Shown here: piece by piece, positions 10,712 through 19,807 of the stretch | Position numbering within the stretch: the first letter of the stretch is position 1 | Layout: each line of letters starts with the position of its first letter | DNA from: a virus | Virus record (IMG/VR): IMGVR_UViG_3300037264_003220 | Location: 26,281 to 90,280 of that record | Reading direction: 5' to 3' (one strand) | DNA length: 64,000 nucleotides | Program-made: the position numbers and the translations under genes | Notes under the pieces: model-generated | Databases searched by the model: none | Told to the model about the DNA's origin: nothing | Seen by the model: the letters and a program-made list of their open reading frames with translations, nothing else

Positions 10712-11379
10712 GCCGCACCTGCCGAAAGAAATCCTGGAGCGCTCGTGATAGCTTGAATTGGGCCTGCCATGGCAAGCTTGGCGCTGTCAGGAAAATTCAC
10801 CAAAAGCTGACGACAAATATAATCTGTCGATGAAAATGTCACTACAAATTCAAAGCTGTAATCGTAGACACGAGGTCTATCAATCTGTTCAGACCAAGAA
10901 AATGACGTAAAAAATCCAAGATAAAGCGTATAGCGGTAAACGATAAATGACTGAGCCAAATCTTTTAAACTCTTTTGTTTCTGACCAGTCACTTGGTCTT
11001 GAATTGATTTTTCTCCAGAATTTAAGTTCGTAACAGATGAGCCAGCCGGAAGCGTGTTTGGACTGAACATCTTCATAAAACTCACCATACGTTCTTTGTC
11101 AATTTTAAACAACTGTTGAAGCTTCAAAATTTGATAATCCACCATGGCAAAATCAGTAGCTGTTCCGACTTTCCTGGTTGTCCAACCAACGCAAGAGATA
11201 ACATCAGGTCGATTGCCCCAATGCTCATACACGAAAGAGCCAAGAGTTTGCGCTTCAGAAAATGATTTACGAGACGTAATTCTAAAATTTTGAGGATTTG
11301 GCTTGGTGATAATCAAAAAAGGAACAGTCGAGTTCCCAATAATCATCTGCGAAACTAAATCACGAGCACTAAAAGCCAT
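10708..11379 (-). CDS. Tail tube initiator/baseplate tube-like protein
   Basis: PNPQNF...YEHWG...YLGFFTSFSWSE...YDYSFEF; follows the tape measure gene. Confidence 0.65.
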   Translation of the reverse strand: MAFSARDLVSQMIIGNSTVPFLIITKPNPQNFRITSRKSFSEAQTLGSFVYEHWGNRPDVISCVGWTTRKVGTATDFAMVDYQILKLQQLFKIDKERMVSFMKMFSPNTLPAGSSVTNLNSGEKSIQDQVTGQKQKSLKDLAQSFIVYRYTLYLGFFTSFSWSEQIDRPRVYDYSFEFVVTFSSTDYICRQLLVNFPDSAKLAMAGPIQAITSAPGFLSAGAA

Positions 11380-13502
11380 TAGTTGCTCCCCCTATCTGTA
11401 GCTTGTGAAAATTGAAATTTCTTACGAAGCGCCATTACCACGGCTTCAATCAATGCTTCTGGATTTCCACCTGTCGATGTGACGTTCACATTTACGGTTG
11501 TTCCTTGGCCGCCAGATTGTGAGCCTTGCACAGGTTGTCTAGTTGATGTCGAAGTTGTGGTCTGTCTTTGTGCCGGAGCCACAGGAGTCGTGATATTTGG
11601 CAAATTTGGTATTAATGTAAATTTTGCAATGTCCATCGTGTTCGATACAGGATTCGCCATGAATTTTTTTTCAGGAACGCCCATGCGCTCCTGCTGTCTC
11701 CTCAAAGCTTCTTGATTTGCTATCTCAGGAGGCATGATTTTTGACAATGAAATTTTTTCTTTTTGTGTTCGTTCTGATTCTTCGTGAAGGACACTTTGAA
11801 TCTTTTTTAATTTAACTTGAGATTCAACGTCCCCGTGTGCCGCTTTCTCTCGAAGGTCAGAAAGTTCAGCTGAACGATATTTAGTTTTTGCCGCAAAAGC
11901 TTCTTCTTTAGCTCCGCCTCCTCCACCAAATAAAGTCACCCTAAATGCTGTGGCTTCACTGACGGCTTTTAAAGCGTCCGCTATCGCTCTCGTGCTTAAA
12001 CTCGTATCCTTGGCGAATCCAATTAAATCAGCAGTTTGTTCGGCTGGGTCTTTGCCTCCCGCTTTCTTGATTTCAGCTTGCATCTTTGCTAAATCATTAA
12101 CGCCGTCAACAATATTGTTCAAACTTTCATTCGATAAACTTTGAAGACTTTTTAACGCAGGGAATTCCTGCATTGTGAGTCTCATCGCTCCCATTTTTTC
12201 TTCTGAAGTTGCTCCGGCAGGAGTGATTTGATTCGCTAAAGCTTTCATGGTATTGACTTGAAGCTCAAGTAGAGCAGCTGGGTCTTTGCCTCCCATCATT
12301 CCAATGGCTCCCAATGGACTCATATTTCGTGGAATATTAGGCGTTCGCACATTCATTTGCTGCGCCAAAGCATAAATACCAGCCTGACGACCAAAATCTG
12401 CTTGGCGCATGGCTCCTGCCATCTGCGAAAATTGTTGAATCGACATAACGCCACTTATTAATTCTTTACCGAATTTGCGAACAATGGCTTCAGAAAAAGA
12501 CACTTCTTTGGTGTAATTTACAGTCGATTGAGATAATTCTGTCACAAGGCTCGTGTACATGTTTGTTGACATTCCAGCGGCTTTTGCCCCGTTTTCAAAG
12601 CCCATCAATGTCGCTCCAGCTTTATTGGCGGACATCCCAAATCTCTGAATCAAATTAATTGTAGCGGCTTGAGCGACATCCTGAGATACATTTGCGACTG
12701 TGGCGAAAGCAGCCGAAACTTCGGCAGCCTTCATAACCAGGCTTGTTCCCATATTGTTAAAATTGGCTCCGAACACACGAGTCATGGCAAGAACTTCGTC
12801 AGCAGCTTGCGTCGAAGTACGTCCCATTAAAATAAGGTTGGCGATAGTTTTTCCTGAAGCTTCGCGTAATTCGTCGGTGGCTTGATATGCGCGTACCCCG
12901 CCAAAACCAGCGGCGCCGCCAACTCGTCCTTGACCAATCCCCATCATTCCAATTGTCGCCCTGCGAGTTTGGATGTCGATATTCTCAATTCCTTTGGCTA
13001 AGTCAAGACCGACGCCAGCCCAGCCATATCTCATACTGGTGAAATTGCCCGTAGCTTGTTTGGCAAGTTCATTCATTGAAATCATCCCGCCTGCAAGCTT
13101 TCGTTTGAAATCAGTTATCGTCATCGTCCCAAGGTCAAATTCTTTAGAAACACTATTAAGACGACGACCAAATAAATCCATCCCCGCAGCCAGTTTCTCA
13201 GGGGCTACCCCCATTGAGCGTAGCGCTTGGCTCATTTGTTCAAGACCTCGCCTAGCGCTAGAATAAGACATAGCAGATTGAGCATTGGCTTCAATTAAAC
13301 CCAATATTGATTTTTTTGCTTCATCAGTTTTGAAGCCCATTAATTCTAATTCAAGATTTAAGTCACGAGTGGTCGTATTGTATTTTCTCGTGGCTGAATC
13401 TATGCGACCAATCTGCTCCAATAAGCCTTTAATTGTTTTTTGCATTGCTTCAAGGCTTGTTGAGTCAACTGGCTGTTGCGGATTTGTGGGGTCAATTGCC
13501 AT
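11379..13502 (-). CDS. Tape measure protein
   Basis: 707 aa Ala/Gly/Met-rich helical protein directly after the tail chaperone; C-terminal TVNVNV segment. Confidence 0.75.
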   Translation of the reverse strand: MAIDPTNPQQPVDSTSLEAMQKTIKGLLEQIGRIDSATRKYNTTTRDLNLELELMGFKTDEAKKSILGLIEANAQSAMSYSSARRGLEQMSQALRSMGVAPEKLAAGMDLFGRRLNSVSKEFDLGTMTITDFKRKLAGGMISMNELAKQATGNFTSMRYGWAGVGLDLAKGIENIDIQTRRATIGMMGIGQGRVGGAAGFGGVRAYQATDELREASGKTIANLILMGRTSTQAADEVLAMTRVFGANFNNMGTSLVMKAAEVSAAFATVANVSQDVAQAATINLIQRFGMSANKAGATLMGFENGAKAAGMSTNMYTSLVTELSQSTVNYTKEVSFSEAIVRKFGKELISGVMSIQQFSQMAGAMRQADFGRQAGIYALAQQMNVRTPNIPRNMSPLGAIGMMGGKDPAALLELQVNTMKALANQITPAGATSEEKMGAMRLTMQEFPALKSLQSLSNESLNNIVDGVNDLAKMQAEIKKAGGKDPAEQTADLIGFAKDTSLSTRAIADALKAVSEATAFRVTLFGGGGGAKEEAFAAKTKYRSAELSDLREKAAHGDVESQVKLKKIQSVLHEESERTQKEKISLSKIMPPEIANQEALRRQQERMGVPEKKFMANPVSNTMDIAKFTLIPNLPNITTPVAPAQRQTTTSTSTRQPVQGSQSGGQGTTVNVNVTSTGGNPEALIEAVVMALRKKFQFSQATDRGSN

Positions 13503-14259
13503 TATTCAATCACCTGCATAGAATCGCCTTCGTCTTCATTTTCGTCTTCTCCCTCAAACACGATGTCGCCCAAATTAATTTTGGACACATCAATTCCTTG
13601 AGACCTAAGCATGTCAAGATATTCCGACTTCCGCTGTTCCTGATATCGCTTTTTACCTTCTTTTTCTTTTTCCATCCCTGACCATAGCTCATAGTTGACC
13701 CATGGCAGCAAGGACTTGATTCTGTCCCCTAATTCCTCCTCGTCGGCAACGATGTTTTCACGAGACCAATCCCAATGAACAGCTTCAAACTCGCTTATTA
13801 AGCGGGCTGGAGTTGCGCCGAGTTTTGAGCAGACTTTCCAGAGGAGTCTGCCGATTGGCCCCTTGAGGAGTTTTTTAGTGAATCAAGCTCCTTCCCACGT
13901 TCCTGTACCAGGTCGGAATAGCAATAGGTGAAAATGTATTCCACCATGCTCCAATCCATATCAGACAGGACTTGCTCAACGGCTTGCGCAACCGCCATTG
14001 AAGGGTCATTCCTTAATTTCTCACGCACTTCCGGCTGACCATCAATAGGGACATTATTAATGGATACCATTGAACGCGCGAGAATCGGAATTTTCGATGT
14101 CTCAATTTGAGACATATAATCCAACCCTCTATTGCCAGTGACTCTGCTTATTTCCGCCTGTTCTCCGGCTGTCAAAGTCTGCATCATCACTTTCGCCTCT
14201 CCGACCTGGTACTCTTTCAATTTGCGTTGACCAAGCAACGCGTCTATAAGCTTTTGCAT
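13502..14259 (-). CDS. Tail assembly chaperone, -1 frameshifted form (GT, ~250 aa)
   Basis: The -1 frame after the slippery site is open from 13870 (LLKGPIGRLLWKVCSKLGATP...) into the 13502..13711 ORF and ends at the tape measure start. Confidence 0.8.
13798..14259 (-). CDS. Tail assembly chaperone (G form)
   Basis: Lies between tube and tape measure; carries the LKN slippery site near its C-terminus. Confidence 0.8.
   Translation of the reverse strand: MQKLIDALLGQRKLKEYQVGEAKVMMQTLTAGEQAEISRVTGNRGLDYMSQIETSKIPILARSMVSINNVPIDGQPEVREKLRNDPSMAVAQAVEQVLSDMDWSMVEYIFTYCYSDLVQERGKELDSLKNSSRGQSADSSGKSAQNSAQLQPA
13870..13876 (-). promoter_or_regulatory. -1 ribosomal frameshift slippery heptamer A AAA AAC
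   Basis: CTA AAA AAC in the chaperone frame fits X XXY YYZ. Confidence 0.8.
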
Positions 14260-14307
14260 AATTTCTCCCCTTCAGTGTTCTGTTTTCGAATCACTTCATG
14301 TCAAGGC

Positions 14308-14847
14308 TTAGAAGCCTTGAGATTGAAGCGCTGGCGTCTCAACTTGACCGTAAACAATGGTGGCGTTTTCGATTTCTCGAATATCTCCGCCGGACACGTC
14401 ACGAGTCGAGTCGTATCTGCTAATCCAAGCATCCTTGTATATCTTCTGCACCACTTCAGTGGCTGGCGCCGAGATATTGGGAGTGCCATCTTGATTGAAT
14501 TGAGGCGTCGACACGCTTTCATGGATTTCAAAAGGCGTATCCATTTCAAAGAGCGTTTGCGTCCCAACTTTGGCTCCGAGAGCTTCCATGAGGTTCGCCC
14601 GATACAGCCGAATCCTTTTCACGGTAAGCGATTTTTCCCTGACAAGACCAGGAACCATTTCAAATGGTTCGCCAATTCTCTTGCCAAGCGTCGTACCAAT
14701 CTCAAACGAGGCGGTTACGTCCCTCGATTCAGACGGGTTGATGGTTTGGATAGCGCCTACATCAACAAGTGCTCCTGCACTATTTTTCACCCTGATGATG
14801 TAGGAGGTCGCTAACTGTATTCTTGTACTGGCTGGCTTGATGCTCAT
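14308..14847 (-). CDS. Tail tube protein
   Basis: VGAIQTINPSESR...FEIG...EMVPG...LTVKRIRLY...YKDAWISRY; position after the sheath. Confidence 0.85.
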   Translation of the reverse strand: MSIKPASTRIQLATSYIIRVKNSAGALVDVGAIQTINPSESRDVTASFEIGTTLGKRIGEPFEMVPGLVREKSLTVKRIRLYRANLMEALGAKVGTQTLFEMDTPFEIHESVSTPQFNQDGTPNISAPATEVVQKIYKDAWISRYDSTRDVSGGDIREIENATIVYGQVETPALQSQGF

Positions 14848-15752
14848 TTCGTGTTTCCTCCTGTAATAAATAATTTAGAAATTATTTCTTCGGCAGTTCG
14901 TGATTTCAGTTCATGTTCCCAAATGATTTTTGATTGAATGCCATATTTTGCAAATGCTTTAGTTCTAAATTCAGCATCTTTTTGCTGTTCTACTTCTTTA
15001 TTAGGATGGCATTTTGGACAACCATGCCAATAACAGCCAAAAAGCTCAACGACTTCTTTCTTCCCGTTTACATTGACAAAATCTGGGTTCATGTTTTCAA
15101 CCCAAAATTTGCCATTGCCAACATACTGATAAGGAAGTTTGAATTTTGCAAATGCTTTGATGAATTTTCCTTCAAAACCATTCGGGTGGCTTTGCCCAAA
15201 TCCACCATGCCCAAGTCTACGAATCGCGTGCTCTCTAAGATTATTTTTGACTTTATCTTGATTCGCCCAAAGAGTGACTGCTTTAGAAATATTCCGACAA
15301 GTTTCTTTTGACCTTTTTTTACCTGTATGCAATTTGCTGATAAATTTCTTGAATTTTTGTGAACGTTTTTTTCCAAGCCATGAGCCGGAATGAGTCGAAT
15401 ACCATTTGTTCAATGATAAGCTGGTTTTCTTTTTCCATTCATCAGTATGATGCTTGCCAAATAAATAATGTTTTAGACCAGATTGAGCCTTGCTCATTTT
15501 TCTTTTTGTCGTTTCGGAATGATGCTTCCCAAGCATTCCATATGTTGCGCATCTTGCATCGCCCTTGCGTTGTTCGCTCATTTTTCTTTTTGTTTTTTCA
15601 CTATGGCGTTTCCCTTTCATTGGGCTGATTCTTCCAATTTGGCTTAAACCAATATTGGCTCTACGCTCGGCAGACAATGTTCTGCCGAGTTTCGCCAGAC
15701 GCATTTTGCGCCTAGTTTTCTCAGATATATGACTACCGAGCATAGAACTCAT
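14844..15752 (-). CDS. Vsr/DUF559-like endonuclease with NUMOD3 repeats
   Basis: Repeated H-S-E-x-T-K-R-K-M-S NUMOD3 motifs; MNPDFVNVNGKKEVVELFGCYWHGC...IIWEHE; inserted between sheath and tube. Confidence 0.85.
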   Translation of the reverse strand: MSSMLGSHISEKTRRKMRLAKLGRTLSAERRANIGLSQIGRISPMKGKRHSEKTKRKMSEQRKGDARCATYGMLGKHHSETTKRKMSKAQSGLKHYLFGKHHTDEWKKKTSLSLNKWYSTHSGSWLGKKRSQKFKKFISKLHTGKKRSKETCRNISKAVTLWANQDKVKNNLREHAIRRLGHGGFGQSHPNGFEGKFIKAFAKFKLPYQYVGNGKFWVENMNPDFVNVNGKKEVVELFGCYWHGCPKCHPNKEVEQQKDAEFRTKAFAKYGIQSKIIWEHELKSRTAEEIISKLFITGGNTK

Positions 15753-15765
15753 TATTGTTGCCTTA

Positions 15766-17118
15766 TTATAGTGCCGAGTTCACGAATATACTGAACGAAA
15801 CATTCACGAAACGAAGTGGAAACACGGGCGCGATTTCAAACGACACATTCACCTGGCGCGGGTCAACAGAGTCAAGTTTGGCACTGATATTGCGGAACGC
15901 CGTAATAAGAGTCGAGCTGATGAAGTTCGACAGAATCGCCTGAACACTGGCTTGAATATTGCTCAGACTTCCTGTCAACAGCTTCGTACCGATGTATCGG
16001 GTATTCAGCGTGTCTCTTACGACTTTACGCAATAAGTCTTTGATGCGCCGAACACTGGGTTCGACACGTTCAATGCTGGATGTGTCAGTCGTCGACGCTT
16101 CCTTCACATAGACTCCATTGGAATCCTGTTGGAGGATAGTCACGCCAGAGCGAAGCATGAACAGAATTTCGCTTCTGATGTATTTGTAGCTATTCACGTC
16201 GAGACGAGACGGCAGCCGTTTCCGTAGAAGCGGCGTAGCCGCGTCATTGGCGGTTTCAATGCCAGCAAGAGCCGCCCCAGCATAAACTGAGGAAACCACG
16301 AGCCGAGCATCAGTAGTCGTTCCCACATCTTTCAACGTAATCCCGACAGACGGAGGAGCAACCATATTCACGCGGTCGCTATTGATTCCGTCAGCAAGAG
16401 TGCCAATGGTCTGCACGGTGTCATTCAGATTCGCCGGAGCAATCCAAGCATGACGTTCTTTCTGATTGAAGTCGGTCGACATCGCCTGCACATGGTTAAT
16501 GACGGCGCTTCTCACTTGCGTATTGGTCACGCCAGTCACAATCAAGGTATCAACTTCTTCCCGCTCTAATTGAGTCAAGGCATCAATATACGAGCTGGTC
16601 TGCCCATCAACGGCTTGACAGGTGACGACGATGGTTCCGTCTCCTCCTGATTCAAATGTCAACAGCGCAGCCAAAGTGATTTCGCTGATGACCCCATTAT
16701 TCAATTCTGCTCCGTAAATCGCTCGAACATCGTCAATGCTGAACAATGTTTTCGGCGTGTAATAAGTGGCGTCTTTCACTAATTTATACGACACATAATA
16801 AAGCGCCGCCGTAGAAGGCTGTTGACCAATCCACACAATCGTATTGTTGACGATGTTGTAGTCAACTCCTGCTACAAAGTCGAAAAACCCTGGGGAACTT
16901 CCCACTCCAAGAACCGAAGCGACGTTGCTGACGGTCGTGTTTGGGATAGTGTCAGTGCCGTTGAAGGCACCTTTGGTCACTTCGGCATTATCCACTTCCA
17001 CGGTGGCGCTCGCAGTGCCGACAATCCCAGTGACATTCACTGTCCCCGCTCCAATCGCCAACGACGGGTTTTCAATTTCAGAAACAACCACACCAGATTC
17101 TCTAACTGTTACTGACAT
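15766..17118 (-). CDS. Contractile tail sheath protein
   Basis: GVVVSEI N-terminus; SVRRIKD...YIG...VDPRQVNVSFEIAPVFPLRFVNVSF C-terminus. Confidence 0.92.
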   Translation of the reverse strand: MSVTVRESGVVVSEIENPSLAIGAGTVNVTGIVGTASATVEVDNAEVTKGAFNGTDTIPNTTVSNVASVLGVGSSPGFFDFVAGVDYNIVNNTIVWIGQQPSTAALYYVSYKLVKDATYYTPKTLFSIDDVRAIYGAELNNGVISEITLAALLTFESGGDGTIVVTCQAVDGQTSSYIDALTQLEREEVDTLIVTGVTNTQVRSAVINHVQAMSTDFNQKERHAWIAPANLNDTVQTIGTLADGINSDRVNMVAPPSVGITLKDVGTTTDARLVVSSVYAGAALAGIETANDAATPLLRKRLPSRLDVNSYKYIRSEILFMLRSGVTILQQDSNGVYVKEASTTDTSSIERVEPSVRRIKDLLRKVVRDTLNTRYIGTKLLTGSLSNIQASVQAILSNFISSTLITAFRNISAKLDSVDPRQVNVSFEIAPVFPLRFVNVSFSIFVNSAL

Positions 17119-17132
17119 AATAATCCTCCTCT

Positions 17133-17816
17133 TTAAAAGTTCGGGTCTGTAATACCATCAACAATCGTTATAAGACCGTTGACATCTGGTATTTGAATCT
17201 TGTCAATCAATTCAGCTTCGGCTATGGACAATGTGTCTTCAAATTCGGTGTAAACTTCAACATTCAATTCGTGAGAGAAAATAGGGTCATTGCCTATTTT
17301 TTCATAACTTTCTCCGACAAGATTAATATCGGTTATCTCAATTCCAGCAATTCTGAATTTTTCAAAAACCAAAAATCGCAGCGCCGAGATAAGCTTATCC
17401 GTAATTCTCTCAACTTTCTTGGGGTTATAATCATAGACCTTAATGTTGACGCTCAAATTTAATGGGCCGCCGTATCTTTCGCCTACGACTCCTGTCTGAG
17501 TCATGCCGTTTAAAAATACGTCACCCATCAATGGCTCTTGAAACTCTCTATTCAAGGAACGGAAGAAGCTTCTCCCGCCGACAATATCAACCACGATAAT
17601 GGGATAAATTCGGAACTGAACAGGAAAATGCTCAACTACGGTAATCTTCGTCGTCTTGTTGTCGGCGTTCCAAGTAAAGTCTGTATCAGACGCCGGAACA
17701 GGCGGTGACTGTTCAGGAAATTGCGCGTCCGGCAACCCGCTTATGGCGAAAAATTGCTGGATTATGCTGATGAACGTCATTCGTGTAAATCGTTTCGCGC
17801 GTAAAATCATCAGCAC
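17133..17816 (-). CDS. Tail terminator/neck protein
   Basis: Immediately upstream of the sheath; YPIIVV...SVNIKVY alpha/beta pattern. Confidence 0.55.
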   Translation of the reverse strand: MLMILRAKRFTRMTFISIIQQFFAISGLPDAQFPEQSPPVPASDTDFTWNADNKTTKITVVEHFPVQFRIYPIIVVDIVGGRSFFRSLNREFQEPLMGDVFLNGMTQTGVVGERYGGPLNLSVNIKVYDYNPKKVERITDKLISALRFLVFEKFRIAGIEITDINLVGESYEKIGNDPIFSHELNVEVYTEFEDTLSIAEAELIDKIQIPDVNGLITIVDGITDPNF

Positions 17817-18694
17817 GCCCCTCCTTGTAAATATGGAGCCAACAAGTCTGGCGCTATCAATTGTGGATGTTTATAAGCCAAGTCTGTACGTTCCAGCTCA
17901 TTCATTTCAAAATCCTGATGCGTAATCAGGTCACGTTGAAAATAAGGCGTCACGTTCAAAATTTCAAATCGTCTATTTTCTCGGTCAATCAAAATATCCC
18001 TATCATGCAGTCTAGGCGTCCAAATCGTCCATGACCGTGGAACTCGCTGCTTCCTGAGTCCATACGTCGCCAGTTCTTTCAAAGCTGCCATGTTGTAATA
18101 CCGAACCCTAATTTTGATAGGGTTAAAATAAGTCACTGTGTCGGCGCGACCATAATCTTCTTCTGTGTTGGCATTGATTTCTTTCTGTTGGCGCTTAAAC
18201 AGCCAAAAATCGCCGCCATCCTGCTCCAAAAGCCACATATTTCGGCGCCTTATTTCTTCAAAGAAAAATTTCTGCTGGATGTTGGTCGGATACATGCCGC
18301 TGCGCGATTCAATCGTGACCGTGCTAATTTTTGTCTGTGGGGCTGTGAAAGTCATATTCATATCCCCAAAAGGAGACACGTCAAACGCTGGCAAATTCTC
18401 ATATGTAATCGGATTCGACGGCGGACTTTCACCAAGCAAATTCACCGACGTAACGGAATAATACGGGTCTGTGTCGATAATAATAGGGACATTGCTATCT
18501 AAGAAACTCGTCGACTGAATCAAAGACACATTCAATTTCGTGAAATCACCATACGGCGTATAATTTCGATAAACATTAAATCCGCTCACGCCATTGAGTG
18601 CGTCCCAATAAAGACGCACTTGCGTCTCAGGGAGATTTTGCCCTGTTGCCAACAGATTGCGAGCTATGACGTTACTAGGCGGTACGCATGACAT
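17810..18694 (-). CDS. Head closure/neck protein with N-terminal Fn3-like domain
   Basis: VRLYWDA...GFNVYR...YYSVTSVN..GES (Fn3); WTIWTPRLHDRDILID..NRRFEI stopper-like barrel. Confidence 0.6.
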   Translation of the reverse strand: MSCVPPSNVIARNLLATGQNLPETQVRLYWDALNGVSGFNVYRNYTPYGDFTKLNVSLIQSTSFLDSNVPIIIDTDPYYSVTSVNLLGESPPSNPITYENLPAFDVSPFGDMNMTFTAPQTKISTVTIESRSGMYPTNIQQKFFFEEIRRRNMWLLEQDGGDFWLFKRQQKEINANTEEDYGRADTVTYFNPIKIRVRYYNMAALKELATYGLRKQRVPRSWTIWTPRLHDRDILIDRENRRFEILNVTPYFQRDLITHQDFEMNELERTDLAYKHPQLIAPDLLAPYLQGGAC

Positions 18695-19169
18695 AATCAA
18701 TAACTCCACTCGATGCTAATTCATTCGGACTGACCAGTGTCTCTTTCACAGATGTCAATGGGAACCCTGCCTTTTTATAAGCTTCATCAACCCATCCAGA
18801 ACAAACTTGGTGACAATGCAAAAGTCCCATTCTTCCCAAAACCATATCAATAAAGCTGTAATGCTCTCCAATATTCAAATAACACCATGAAATAGCTCGT
18901 GTTTTAATAATGTCTCCACACATGGGTCGATAAATAACTTTCGCTCTTATATCATCAGCGATGAATCGAAATCGTGGGCGCGGCCACACCATTTCAACCG
19001 CTAAATCAGGCTCGGTACTCACCATCGCCACATGTGTATACCCTGGATAAGTCATCTTCCCCATCTCGCCACCAATCTTCTGAAGCCAGGAAAATATTCG
19101 ATGTTTCCAATTCCCATCATCTGGATAAAAAATCAAATCTCCTGGCTTCAAAATACTCACTGCGTTCAT
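18675..19169 (-). CDS. Permuted papain-like NlpC/P60 (YiiX-like) amidase/peptidase
   Basis: LKPGDLIF, THVAM (His) and VCSGWV..AY (Cys) in permuted order, SPNEL end; start at MNAVS via ATGA overlap. Confidence 0.75.
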   Translation of the reverse strand: MNAVSILKPGDLIFYPDDGNWKHRIFSWLQKIGGEMGKMTYPGYTHVAMVSTEPDLAVEMVWPRPRFRFIADDIRAKVIYRPMCGDIIKTRAISWCYLNIGEHYSFIDMVLGRMGLLHCHQVCSGWVDEAYKKAGFPLTSVKETLVSPNELASSGVIDYVMRTA

Positions 19170-19807
19170 TGAAAAAATTCCGTTAAAATATTGAAATATT
19201 TTATTTCTGTCGCGCTTAGTCCATTCGGACAATAACAATGAACCCGAAGTTTCATATATGTCGGGAATGCCATTGATTCATCACTAAGAAAGCTTAATTG
19301 AACTCCTGATGCAGTGTGAACATTCTGAATCATATTTGGCATCAACATTTGGTCTGTTGGATTCATTAAAACGTCGGCGCTAATGTAATCATTTTCGTCA
19401 TTAAAGTTTGAATAAAGATGCCCGCCACGGAAATAAACCGTTGCAGGCCAAGACAAATCTACAAATGAATATGTCATTCCTGGCGCCACAATTGCTTGAA
19501 ATCCTTTCCATTTGTTGTAAGTATTTGCAGGCTGCGGAGAAATGGATACCCTAGCGGGGCGCCCAACCCCTGCGCGAATAATCAAAGATTGATTAAATGA
19601 AGCCATGTAATTATTCTCGAATTCCGTAGCATCTGGATTCGCACTTCCGTCAATTAATTTAGGCAAATCGTATTGCCAATTAATGCCATTAGAGTCAGGC
19701 CCAACGAGACGGTAAGAGCTACCAATATCAACATACTGATTGGTAAGTCCTTTAGAAATAATGCAGAGATTTTTAAAGTCAGCCCACGTTTTAATTATTA
19801 ATTCCAT
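19166..19807 (-). CDS. Hypothetical virion-associated protein
   Basis: Start MELIIK (TAATG overlap); beta-rich C-terminus; in the structural operon. Confidence 0.5.
   Translation of the reverse strand: MELIIKTWADFKNLCIISKGLTNQYVDIGSSYRLVGPDSNGINWQYDLPKLIDGSANPDATEFENNYMASFNQSLIIRAGVGRPARVSISPQPANTYNKWKGFQAIVAPGMTYSFVDLSWPATVYFRGGHLYSNFNDENDYISADVLMNPTDQMLMPNMIQNVHTASGVQLSFLSDESMAFPTYMKLRVHCYCPNGLSATEIKYFNILTEFFQ

Noticed and set aside
14844-15752. Group I intron or intein hosting the endonucleases
   Set aside because: Flanking genes (sheath, tube and others) look complete, and the endonuclease ORFs abut them with no room for ribozyme structure.
1214-17816. Extracellular contractile injection system, tailocin or T6SS
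   Set aside because: Portal, protease, scaffold, capsid and neck genes are in the same operon, so this is a complete phage virion module.
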